Source: Piromyces finnis finn (lineage: Eukaryota > Fungi > Neocallimastigomycota). Taken from it: a stretch of 64,000 nt of DNA. The stretch covers positions 372,001-436,000 of the forward strand of contig MCFH01000042.1 in NCBI GenBank assembly GCA_002104945.1, read 5' to 3'. A program made the position numbers and the translations under genes. The notes under the pieces were generated by a model, which saw only the letters and a program-made list of their open reading frames with translations, made no database searches and was not told the origin of the DNA. Positions 12,694 through 22,526 of this stretch are shown one piece after another (the first letter of the stretch is position 1; each line of letters starts with the position of its first letter).

Positions 12694-12694
12694 C
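12448..12694 (-). repeat. Two tandem ~123-bp monomers at the 5' end of the retroelement
   Basis: 12448-12570 and 12571-12694 differ by 4 substitutions and 1 indel. The 15-mer CTCAGTACCATGAGC recurs a third time at 12403-12417. Confidence 0.95.
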
Positions 12695-13153
12695 ATTTCA
12701 TCTTGAATGCTTTTTTTTTCTTTTTTTTTTATATATATATGTCTTGCTTTCTTTTTAAGGTACACAACTATACTTTTTACACTCGTAAAATATTCTCTTT
12801 TTTTTTTATTTTTTATTTGTTTTTTAATTTTTCTTTTCTATTTAATAAATTAAGGTATGAATGAATTAAATAAATTTCAAAACTTTTTTTTCTTGTTTTT
12901 TTTTTTTTTTCTCTAGGTAGAATATATTGAGTTTAAATAAATTATTAATTGAAATAAATAAAATGATCTATAATAAATACAAACTTAAATTAAGATAAAT
13001 AAATATATAAACTATAAAATTCCCCTTCCATCTTTTTTTTTTCCAATAATTCAAAAAAAGTTAAATATAAAAATGACTATAATTAGGAAAATAAATAAGA
13101 AAAAATTTGTATAAAAATATCCCTCTATCTATATAAGTCACTCTATTTTCTTT

Positions 13154-14854
13154 TTAATTCTTTCCATCATTAATGACAACCTTGATTTCTGAATTTTTAT
13201 TGTTGTCAACATTATCACCTCCTTGAATTGTTTCGACATCAGTTGATGCAGCTTCATTAACAGATGAAGCTTCAATGACAGTACTGATTTCAGATTCATT
13301 AATTGATTTTTTATCAAGATCCTTTTTCTTTTCGCTAATATCGGTAATATCAATTTCAACTGATTCCTTATCATCATTTATTTTCTTTTCAATTGGATCT
13401 TCGATCTTTTTTTCGATAGCCTTTTTAGCTTTTGATGGACTCTTAGTTTGTTGACAGGCAAATATACCAATTAAAAAGACAATAAAGGATAAAGCAGCCA
13501 TAACTAAAAATACAACATTAACACCATACATTTCTGGGCTTTCCTTTTTATGTCTTACAGCATTAGCAACCTTAGTCATAATGGAAATGTAACAAGCAGA
13601 ACCGATAGCACCAGAGACAGCACGTAAGGAATTGTAAAGAGCAGTAGCATCAGAAGTTTTGGTTTTTGGTATATCAATCATACTCCAAGTAACTAAAGGC
13701 ATTAAAAGAATACCAATAGAAATACATCTAGCAATATTAATAAGAGAATAAATCCAAACACTTTGATGAACATTAATAAAGTAAACAACCAAGTTACTAA
13801 CGCATAATAATACTGGACCAATAATAATTAATGGCTTAATTCCGATTTTATCATAAATACGACCAGCTAATGGACTCATTACAGCTAAAGCTAAAGAACC
13901 TGGTAATAAAACTAAACCTGAAGTAGTAGCTGATTCACCCTTGATTTGTTGTACATAAACTGGAACGACAATAGCAGAACCCATAATAGTGAATTGTAAA
14001 ACAACAGTAGCAATAGAACTGATTAAATAATTCTTATCCTTCATAACACGAATATCCAAAAATGGTACCTTGACCTTTAATTGACGTGGGAAGAATACTA
14101 AACCAGCGAGGATACCAATAATTAATGGTACTAAAACTTCATAACTAACAAAATCGTTTGTACCAACATTACTAATGGCTAAAGTGACACCACCAAAAGT
14201 GAGTATACTTAAAAAGAATGAAATAAAGTCAAATTGCTTTCTCATTACTGGAAGAACATCATCGAAAATACAAATAGCCCATATTAAAGAAATGATCATA
14301 ATACCGATAGCAATATAGAAAATAGTTCTCCAACCAATTGAGTCAACAAGAACACCAGCTACAGTAGGAGCAATAATAGGAGCAACACCAAAAGATAAAC
14401 CATACCAACCCATCATAGCACCAATTTTTTCTTTTGGGAAAATTGTTAAAATAATAACTTGACCAATTGACGATAATAAACCATTACCAGCACCTTGAAT
14501 AATTCTTCCTGCTAACATCAAATAGAAACTTTTACTAAGAGAACAAATGATTAAACCACCAATAAAGAAACCAACAGCAATAAAGTATAATGGTTTAGTT
14601 CTAAATCTAGTAATAAGGTAGGCAGTAAATGGAGTCATAACAGCTAAACATAAAATGAAACCACTAGTTAACCATTGACCAGTGTTTACAGTAATATTAA
14701 GATCTTTCATAATTGGAGGTAAGGCGGTTGTTAAAGAGGTAGCAAGCATTGAAGAAGCTACAGAATTGATAGTGATATTTAAAAATATCAAAATACTTTT
14801 TTTGTAGGAAACTTTCTTTCCCTCTGAAATAATTAAATTATCCGTTTTTTCCAT
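13154..14854 (-). CDS. MFS drug:H+ antiporter-2 (DHA2, EmrB/QacA/LmrB-like) transporter, intronless, bacterial-type
   Basis: About 14 hydrophobic segments. Motifs: LTTALPPIMKDL, GQWLTSGFIL, AGRIIQGAGNG, GLSFGVAPIIAPTVAG, GWRTIF, PFLDIRV, SGLVLLPG, GRIYDKIG. Charged C-terminal tail of ~95 aa. Confidence 0.93.
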   Translation of the reverse strand: MEKTDNLIISEGKKVSYKKSILIFLNITINSVASSMLATSLTTALPPIMKDLNITVNTGQWLTSGFILCLAVMTPFTAYLITRFRTKPLYFIAVGFFIGGLIICSLSKSFYLMLAGRIIQGAGNGLLSSIGQVIILTIFPKEKIGAMMGWYGLSFGVAPIIAPTVAGVLVDSIGWRTIFYIAIGIMIISLIWAICIFDDVLPVMRKQFDFISFFLSILTFGGVTLAISNVGTNDFVSYEVLVPLIIGILAGLVFFPRQLKVKVPFLDIRVMKDKNYLISSIATVVLQFTIMGSAIVVPVYVQQIKGESATTSGLVLLPGSLALAVMSPLAGRIYDKIGIKPLIIIGPVLLCVSNLVVYFINVHQSVWIYSLINIARCISIGILLMPLVTWSMIDIPKTKTSDATALYNSLRAVSGAIGSACYISIMTKVANAVRHKKESPEMYGVNVVFLVMAALSFIVFLIGIFACQQTKSPSKAKKAIEKKIEDPIEKKINDDKESVEIDITDISEKKKDLDKKSINESEISTVIEASSVNEAASTDVETIQGGDNVDNNKNSEIKVVINDGKN

Positions 14855-17800
14855 CTTTTATTTTTTTATAAAGTGGTAAAAATTTTTTTTAGTTTTAAAC
14901 TAATTATATAATTGATCTTGTTTTTATTTTTTTTTATTTTATTTTTTGAATATATATATATATTTCTTATTTGTTTATTTTTTCCAACTTAAATGGTTTA
15001 TAAAGGTAATTTATTCCTTTAAAATATTATAAATGTTACTTTTTTTTGTAAATGCCTTTTAAAAAAAAAAAAAAAAAATTGAGGAAAAAAAATATTTATA
15101 TAAATTTTTAAATTTAAAAAAAAAAAAATTGTATTCAATAATATATTACAATATAAATTAATATATATAGAATTTTTTTAATTAAAAAAAGTTTTAAATT
15201 TTTTTTTTTTTAAATTCAAGATATAAACATAAACAAATTATGATTAGCCAATAAAAAATCTTGGTATTAGTAATATTTTTATTTAATATATTATAAAATA
15301 TAATGAATATTATATTGTTAATATATATTAAAGTATTTTTTCAATTTAATTTTTAATATAATTTTAAATCAGGTTATTTCAATAAAAAAAAAAAGTGAAC
15401 TTCATGCGGAGGAGGGAAATAAAAATTAAAAAAAAAGAAAAAAGAGCAATTAAAGGTGATTATTATAAAAAGTTGACTTTTAGCGTAGCGATGATGGTTA
15501 TTTGTTGTTGTTTATTGTTTTTATAATTATGATTTTATAATGAAATGGTTTGTTTTGAAACAAAAAAAAAGTATTATTGGAAAGTTTAATAAGTGGATGG
15601 AAAAATTTACCAGAACCTTTGGATTTATATTGAAAAAAAAAAAACTAAATCTAATTTTAAAAAAGCTTAAAAGATAAATAGCAAAAGATATAGAGGAGTG
15701 TGTTAAAGAATATATGAATTTGTCCAAAGTAAAGTATGACTATTTATTTCTTCAGGAATAATAATGATTGAAATATTAATGGGCATGTCAATCGGATTTT
15801 GGATTAAATTTCTTTCCATTAAAAAATTTGTATTGAAAGAGGATTCTTTACCATCTTTTGACATGTTGTGGGTTTTTTGGTTTATAAAAGTTAACTATTA
15901 AGTATAAAGCATACATAAAATTTCTCCTGACATGGAATTATGGTATGAAATTTTACTGATTTCATTAATATTTGCCTCTAAAAAAATGTTTTTTTTTTAA
16001 CTATTCCACAACGCCATTTTTATTATGTCTATTATCATAGCTATTATCATTAAATAAAATAATAATAATAATTTTTTCTATATCTTCTCCATTTGAACTA
16101 GTTCTAAAATAATTGGTATATGAATGGAAAAAAAAGAAAGAAAAGTAAAAATGTAGTTGTAAAAAAAAAAAAAAAAGTCTTCACACACATATATAGTAGC
16201 ATATAATAATATTATATAAATTAATATTAAAAATTATAGAAAACTTTTAATTTTTAAAGGAATGATTTTATTAATATTAGTTGGTGTTATTTCGTTAATT
16301 TGAATTCGTATTTATATATATAAAAATATTTCGAAAAATATGTAAATTACAATAATACTATTTAAAAAATAAAAGAAAAAAGTATATAATGTTAACAATA
16401 ATAGAAATTACAAAAGTCAATTTATTATAAAACTTTAATTTATAATTTACCATTTATTAAAGTGTAGATTATTTGAATCATAACAACATCATCTTTTTAA
16501 TACAAAAGAATGAATAATACTTATTAGAAAACATACTATTCATATTACTATTAATAGTATGATAATTTTTTTTATAATATTCTACATATTACATATTTAT
16601 TAAAATAGACACATTCATTACTGCTTTCTATGACTACTCATTACCACAACCATAACTTTTTTTTTTTTTTTGTTTTTGATTTATATTATCATCAATGTTA
16701 AACTTCACACATTAATTTTTATATCAATAATATAATCTAACCTTTCATTTCTATAATAATTTATTATAGAATGAACAGGATAATGGGATTAAGATTAATA
16801 ATAATTTAAGATATAGTTTATATAGTATAAAGTATTAGTTATAGTAAAAAAAATAAATATTACTTATTTAAATATCCCCTTTTCTTTTATTTCTTTTTAC
16901 TTCTTTACTACTATTATTACTTATTATTATTTGGAAATATAACTTTCTTTTATGTTACTTTAATTTTGAAAAGTCTTTAAAGGTATTTTATTGGTTAATT
17001 TTTAATTTTTAATATATTTCATTAAGCAATTAATAGAATCAAATTTTAATTCATATTAAAAAAAGTGGATTTTATTTTTTAAAAAGGTATAACTTTTAAG
17101 AAAAAGAGGAATTACTTTTTTTTTAAAAGCCTATTTTTTCTTTTATCTTGCTTCTTAAAAGATTTTTTGTTTTCTTTATTTAATTTAATTTTAGTATAAT
17201 TAATAGATGGTATTTTTTTATATATAGTTATCAGGTAGATTCATTTTTAGTTTAGGTGTAACATTTGGTAGAAAGAATATGAAAAAAAAGTATTAATTAA
17301 AAAAAGCTTAACGATACTATAATCAATTTAAACTATTTTCTATTTTAAAACTTTTAGACAAAACAATAACAAATCATTTCTACCTATTTATTTACCAATT
17401 TATTTATTTACCTATTTATTTCTTTTTTTTTTTTTTTTAGTAAAATTAAAAAAAGTCATTTTGATGCATTTAATAAACTAATTTTAACAATTTTTTAATT
17501 AAATAAATCTATGTAAAATACCGTGTGATCATACCAGCCTCATAAAATAATACAAACTATTAATAAAATGAATTTTTATATATTAATATAATCTAATAAG
17601 CCATATATAAAAGCAACCACTATTTTTTTTAATATATTATATTACTTATTTAATATAAATTAAAAAAAGTTAAATTTTTAAATTTTCGAAGAAGAAAAAG
17701 ATAAAATACTTTTGTTAAAGTTATTATTAAATAAATAATAAAAAAAAGTGAAAAGGTAGACAAAGGAATGGTTTTTTTTTTTTTTAAACTAAAAAGGTTC

Positions 17801-18648
17801 TAAGCAAGTGATAAACCATATTAAATAACAATAATAGTAATAAAAATATTTGTATAATTTATTATAATTAATTTAAAAACAATCTATATAAATTTCAAAA
17901 AAAAAAAAAAAAAAAAAAGAAGATTGAGTAAATTATCAAAATATCATTAAAAACATTATTTTCATTGTTTATCCCTCTTTCTCGTCCTTTTTTTATAAAT
18001 ATATAATATATTATATATTATAAATATAATACTTTAAATAGTTTCACTTCTTCTTCTTTTTTTTTTTATAGGATAATAATAATTATAATAATAAAAGAAT
18101 ATAATTTTCAGTAAATCTAAATGTAATTAATTTTTCAGTATATAACAAAATTAATCAATATCAAGCAACATTGTTCAATAACAACAACAGTATAAGAAAT
18201 AAAATTTCTATAAAGTAAAATAAATTTATAAATTTATATAAAACAATATATAGAAAGTTAAGTAATATTATAATTATAGATTTCATAAAAGTTTTAAAAA
18301 AGTCTAATTCTAAAAGTTGAATTTGTCGATAAATTATATAAAACAAAAATATATATATATTTTTTAATAATTTCTCATAAAACATATATGTCACAAAAGT
18401 AAATAAAAACAACATAGTATTATTATATTATGTATAAAATAAAAGCAGCAACAACAACAATAATAATTATCAAAACATCAACAACCTAATTCAGTGTAAT
18501 CTAAAGAATATTTAAATAAAATCAAAAATCAAAAATTTTATAATTTCTTAAAAATCACTTAAAATTTCTTTTATCCTCAACCAACTCTAAACGTTTAATT
18601 TGATTGTATCATTATATATATATATATAAAGGGAAAAATAAAATAAAA

Positions 18649-21600
18649 ATGGTAATCTGGATTAGTACAATAAATAATTCAACACTAGAATTATTAGATT
18701 ATTTAAATAATGATAAATTAAACATTTCTAATAGCGAAATATTCGAAAAGAAATTAAATTTAATTGAGGAAGGTTTAAAAGAAAAAGTAAGCCTTCATGA
18801 TGATTTAAATGTTGATTCATTTGTTGATTTATTAAAATCATTGTATAAACAATGTATAAAAAAGGAAGAAGATATAGTTGACCTTAACGAAAGAAATGAT
18901 ATTAATTTGGAAAGAATAACCATTCAACAAACAAAAATTGATAATTTAATATCTATTCGTAACAAGTATGAAGACAAAATAAAAGAATTAGAAGAGACTG
19001 TTGAAGAAAGCACAAATAAGGTTCAAGAGTTGAATAGGTCTCTTCAAAAAAAGAAATTAACCATTGATAATCTAAAGCAAGAAATAAAATCACTTCAAGA
19101 AGTTAATGATGCTAATGAATATGAATATAATGTCAAGGTGTGTGAACTTGAAAATCAAATAGAAAGAATTGTTAACTCAGAAAGTCGATTAAAAAACGAA
19201 TTAGAAAGACGTATTGATAGTGCAAACTTTGAAAAGGATAGTTTTCATACCGTGATTACCAAAGAACAAGAAAATGGCGTTTCTTTACTAAAAGAAAATG
19301 ATGCCCTTAAATGTGAAATTAAGAATTTAAACTTTAAAATAAAAGATTATGAATGTAAGTTATTAGATTTGGAAGATCTTGCTCAGTTATACGAGGACTG
19401 CGTAGAAGAAAAGAAACATATTGAGGCAGAACTTGAAAATTATCGTAAAATTGTGAATGACCCAAATTTCCAAAAGTCTTACTTTACCGAAGAAACCAAC
19501 GATGTATTATACGATGATGATGACGATGATGAAAATAAATATTTTAGCGATAAAAGTGAAACGTTAAAAGAAGAATTAGAAAAGGTTAACAAGACAATTG
19601 ATGAAGAAAATAGTGAAATTAAATCAATTAAAAATTTCCCAAGTAAAATTACTCAAGATCCAGATATTTTAAATTTAATTGCTGAACGTCAAAAGAAATA
19701 TGGTGAAGCTGCAGCAGCTCAAGCTGCATCCACTTTTACAAATAAAAACAATATCCTCGATGATTCTGATTCCAGTAGTATCAACAACAACAACAACAAC
19801 AACAATGGAATAACATCAAAGAATAAAGAAAGAGATATACTAAATTATTACCCAGTCGATCAAGATAATAGTAATGATAGTGATGAAATAAATATTGGTA
19901 ATATGACCTATAATAGTATCAATAGTGGTATTTTTGATGATAATAGTAGTTTCTTTTTAGAAAATGATATTGAATATAAACAATCAAAGGCTACCCAACA
20001 CTACCTTCAACCACCTACCGGTAACTCATTAATGCCACCACCAAAATCGCCAAAATTATCGGCTTTTACTAAACCACTTAAATCACCAAAATTATCAGCA
20101 ACTTCTTCATTACTGCCACCACCTCTAAAATTACAAACAAAATCTTTGCCAATTCATCGTAATAGAAGTAAATCGGAATCAAGACCGGTGGGTCATATTT
20201 TACCAAAAGTCAATAATTTAGTTTCAAAAATTAATTCGCTTACCACATCGGTATCCTCCATACTCGATAAAATCCATGAAACTGATTTGAAGACGTTAAA
20301 TATTCAACTTCGTAAATCCTTTGATATGGTTGAATTAGCTAATCTTAGTAATAAAATATTACAAAATATTCTTACGGATATTGAAGTTTTCCATAAGCGT
20401 TATCCCTTAACCAATGCTCTTCCTTCCACCACCGGAACCACCGGAACCACCGGAGATAATCTCATTCATAGATCCTTGAGCCTTAAATCGCTTCATGGTA
20501 CCATCACTTCGTCTCATGCCAAGGAAGAACAACCTACAAAAAATAGTATGAATAACGACAAAAAAAAGTATACAGAAGATAGTGTTGCACTCCACAACCT
20601 TGTCTTAACATTACAAAGTGTATTAAATGAACTTTGTAAAGCAAGAATGCTTACCAATGATTACGGAAAACTTTATTTCCAAGAATTAGAGAATGCTAGT
20701 CGAAAGGAAGCCGAAAAGTTCCTTAATGATCAAGATTCCCATAAAAAGAAGGGTTTACCAGCACCAAAGAAAAATGTAAAGAGTTACACCTTACCAAAAT
20801 TAATGCCAGTAGCCAATAGCAGTGAATTTAATGGTGGTGTTAGTCGTCATGCTTCTTTAATAAAGAATAAATCAAATCAACAATCCATCAGTCGAGGAGG
20901 TTCATTGAAAGAAACCAACTTTTTAAATACTTGGGCCGATGCCTTTAAAAACATATTTAAGGATAGAGAGGAGGGTGTTCTATCCTCTGATTTAAATAAG
21001 GGTAAATTAGGGGAAAAGACAACAACTTCAAGAGGTAGTATTCCTTCAACGACGACTGTAACCTCTGATCAACAAAAAGACAAGGTTAAAAAGGAAAAGA
21101 AAAAGGTAGAGAAAACGTCTACCGCATCAAATTTTATGGATTTTTTCAAATTTAAAACCAATAGTAGTACGCCGACTACCAAATCCCCAAAAGAAGATCA
21201 TAATAAAAAGGTTGAAAAAGGAAAAGAATCCAAGTCCATAGATTCAACGACAATACCAACACTATCTTCATCCCCATCACAAAATCCTTCAAAGGGAAAA
21301 GCACCTGAACAAGTCACTGAAGTTTCTGATTCTCATTTTACAATTACTCCAATGGATGGTGTATTTTTACCTAAAACGGCTGGGGATCAACATATTTCAA
21401 AAGTATCAAAAGATTGTACTATTAAGGAAAAGAAGGCTTCCAATGCAACCTTACCCATTACTACCTCCTCCTCTTTACCCATTCAAAATATCATTTCAAA
21501 TGAACATGTCAAAGCTCTTGATGAAGAAGTAGCCTTTTCTTTTAATTCATCCGACATATCCTTTACCTCCTCCTATCTTGATCCATTGAATATACCAATT

Positions 21601-21780
21601 AAAGATCCACGAAGAGCAAATCTTGGTAATATTATTCTTTCTTCCTCTCCCTATTATCATTATGATGGAGAAGAAATAAAACCATTTTCATTTAAAGAAG
21701 AAAATGATAAACAACGCTTTTTATCATCTTTAGCACGTGAAGAACCTATGTTACCACCTATAGACAATAATTTACGTTGA
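18649..21780 (+). CDS. Large intronless protein with an N-terminal coiled coil and low-complexity S/T/K-rich C-terminus; function unknown
   Basis: 3.1-kb stop-free frame; the first ATG is at 18649 (the track starts at an upstream TTG at 18604). Heptad-like E/K/L-rich region over aa ~60-290, and a helical block DLKTLNIQLRKSFDMVELANLSNKILQNILTDIE. Confidence 0.8.
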   Translation: MVIWISTINNSTLELLDYLNNDKLNISNSEIFEKKLNLIEEGLKEKVSLHDDLNVDSFVDLLKSLYKQCIKKEEDIVDLNERNDINLERITIQQTKIDNLISIRNKYEDKIKELEETVEESTNKVQELNRSLQKKKLTIDNLKQEIKSLQEVNDANEYEYNVKVCELENQIERIVNSESRLKNELERRIDSANFEKDSFHTVITKEQENGVSLLKENDALKCEIKNLNFKIKDYECKLLDLEDLAQLYEDCVEEKKHIEAELENYRKIVNDPNFQKSYFTEETNDVLYDDDDDDENKYFSDKSETLKEELEKVNKTIDEENSEIKSIKNFPSKITQDPDILNLIAERQKKYGEAAAAQAASTFTNKNNILDDSDSSSINNNNNNNNGITSKNKERDILNYYPVDQDNSNDSDEINIGNMTYNSINSGIFDDNSSFFLENDIEYKQSKATQHYLQPPTGNSLMPPPKSPKLSAFTKPLKSPKLSATSSLLPPPLKLQTKSLPIHRNRSKSESRPVGHILPKVNNLVSKINSLTTSVSSILDKIHETDLKTLNIQLRKSFDMVELANLSNKILQNILTDIEVFHKRYPLTNALPSTTGTTGTTGDNLIHRSLSLKSLHGTITSSHAKEEQPTKNSMNNDKKKYTEDSVALHNLVLTLQSVLNELCKARMLTNDYGKLYFQELENASRKEAEKFLNDQDSHKKKGLPAPKKNVKSYTLPKLMPVANSSEFNGGVSRHASLIKNKSNQQSISRGGSLKETNFLNTWADAFKNIFKDREEGVLSSDLNKGKLGEKTTTSRGSIPSTTTVTSDQQKDKVKKEKKKVEKTSTASNFMDFFKFKTNSSTPTTKSPKEDHNKKVEKGKESKSIDSTTIPTLSSSPSQNPSKGKAPEQVTEVSDSHFTITPMDGVFLPKTAGDQHISKVSKDCTIKEKKASNATLPITTSSSLPIQNIISNEHVKALDEEVAFSFNSSDISFTSSYLDPLNIPIKDPRRANLGNIILSSSPYYHYDGEEIKPFSFKEENDKQRFLSSLAREEPMLPPIDNNLR

Positions 21781-22526
21781 ATCCTCTTTTTTTTTTATTT
21801 TGTCATTGTAATTTATTTTTAGTAGTATATAATGATAAGATTAGTATTTCTTTTTTTTTTTTTTTTATATATATATTAAAAAATCTAAATGGATAAAAGA
21901 AAAAAAAATTTTTTGCTGAATTTAATATATTTTTCAAATAGAAAAGCAAACAATTTTTAAAACCCTTTTTGTAATATAGGCAAAAAAAAAAAAAAAAAAA
22001 AAAAAAATAAAAAAGTAAAAATATATATATAATAAAGCTTTTTTACATTTTTAATAAATAAATAAATAAATAAAAAATTACCCTCAATTAATATAAGATT
22101 AATGCTACAAAATAAAAATAAAAAACAAACAAACAAACAAAACAAACAAAAAACATACACACACACACACAAAAAAAAAAAAAAGCAAAATAAAAATAAA
22201 AGTTGTAAATATTAAAAATCAAATAAATATAAAAATAAAAAAAAATTTTTTTTTAATTTTTTTTATTATTATATATATTTTAAAAAAAATAATTAATAGT
22301 ATTTCTATTTTTCTTTTCTTTTCTTTTCTTTTCTTTTCTTTATATAGACATGGCATTGTTTTATAATAGATTTTATTATGATTATGAGATAAAAAAAAAT
22401 AAATATTTTTAATAATATATAAAGTATAATATTATATATATATAAAATATTATATTTATTTATATTTATTATATATATTTTTGTTTTTGTAGTTATATCT
22501 ATGGGGGTCATTTATTCTTAGGTTCC

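Noticed and set aside
12402-12694. Palindromic tandem repeats as a CRISPR array, or as a hammerhead/HDV ribozyme
   Set aside because: There are no unique spacers, no cas genes, and the context is eukaryotic. CUGAGAGA..GAAA does not fit the CUGANGA-stem II-GAAA hammerhead layout, and I could not build the HDV P2/P3 pseudoknot or find the J4/2 catalytic C.
12693-12719. GCATT-loop-AATGC plus T-run resembling a bacterial rho-independent terminator
   Set aside because: The hairpin is made of the TSD and flanking target sequence next to a common poly(T) run, so it is coincidental in this eukaryotic context.
17523-17538. GTGTGATCATACCAGC resembling the 5' end of a 5S rRNA
   Set aside because: The similarity stops after ~16 nt, and there is no 5S internal promoter or helix structure downstream.
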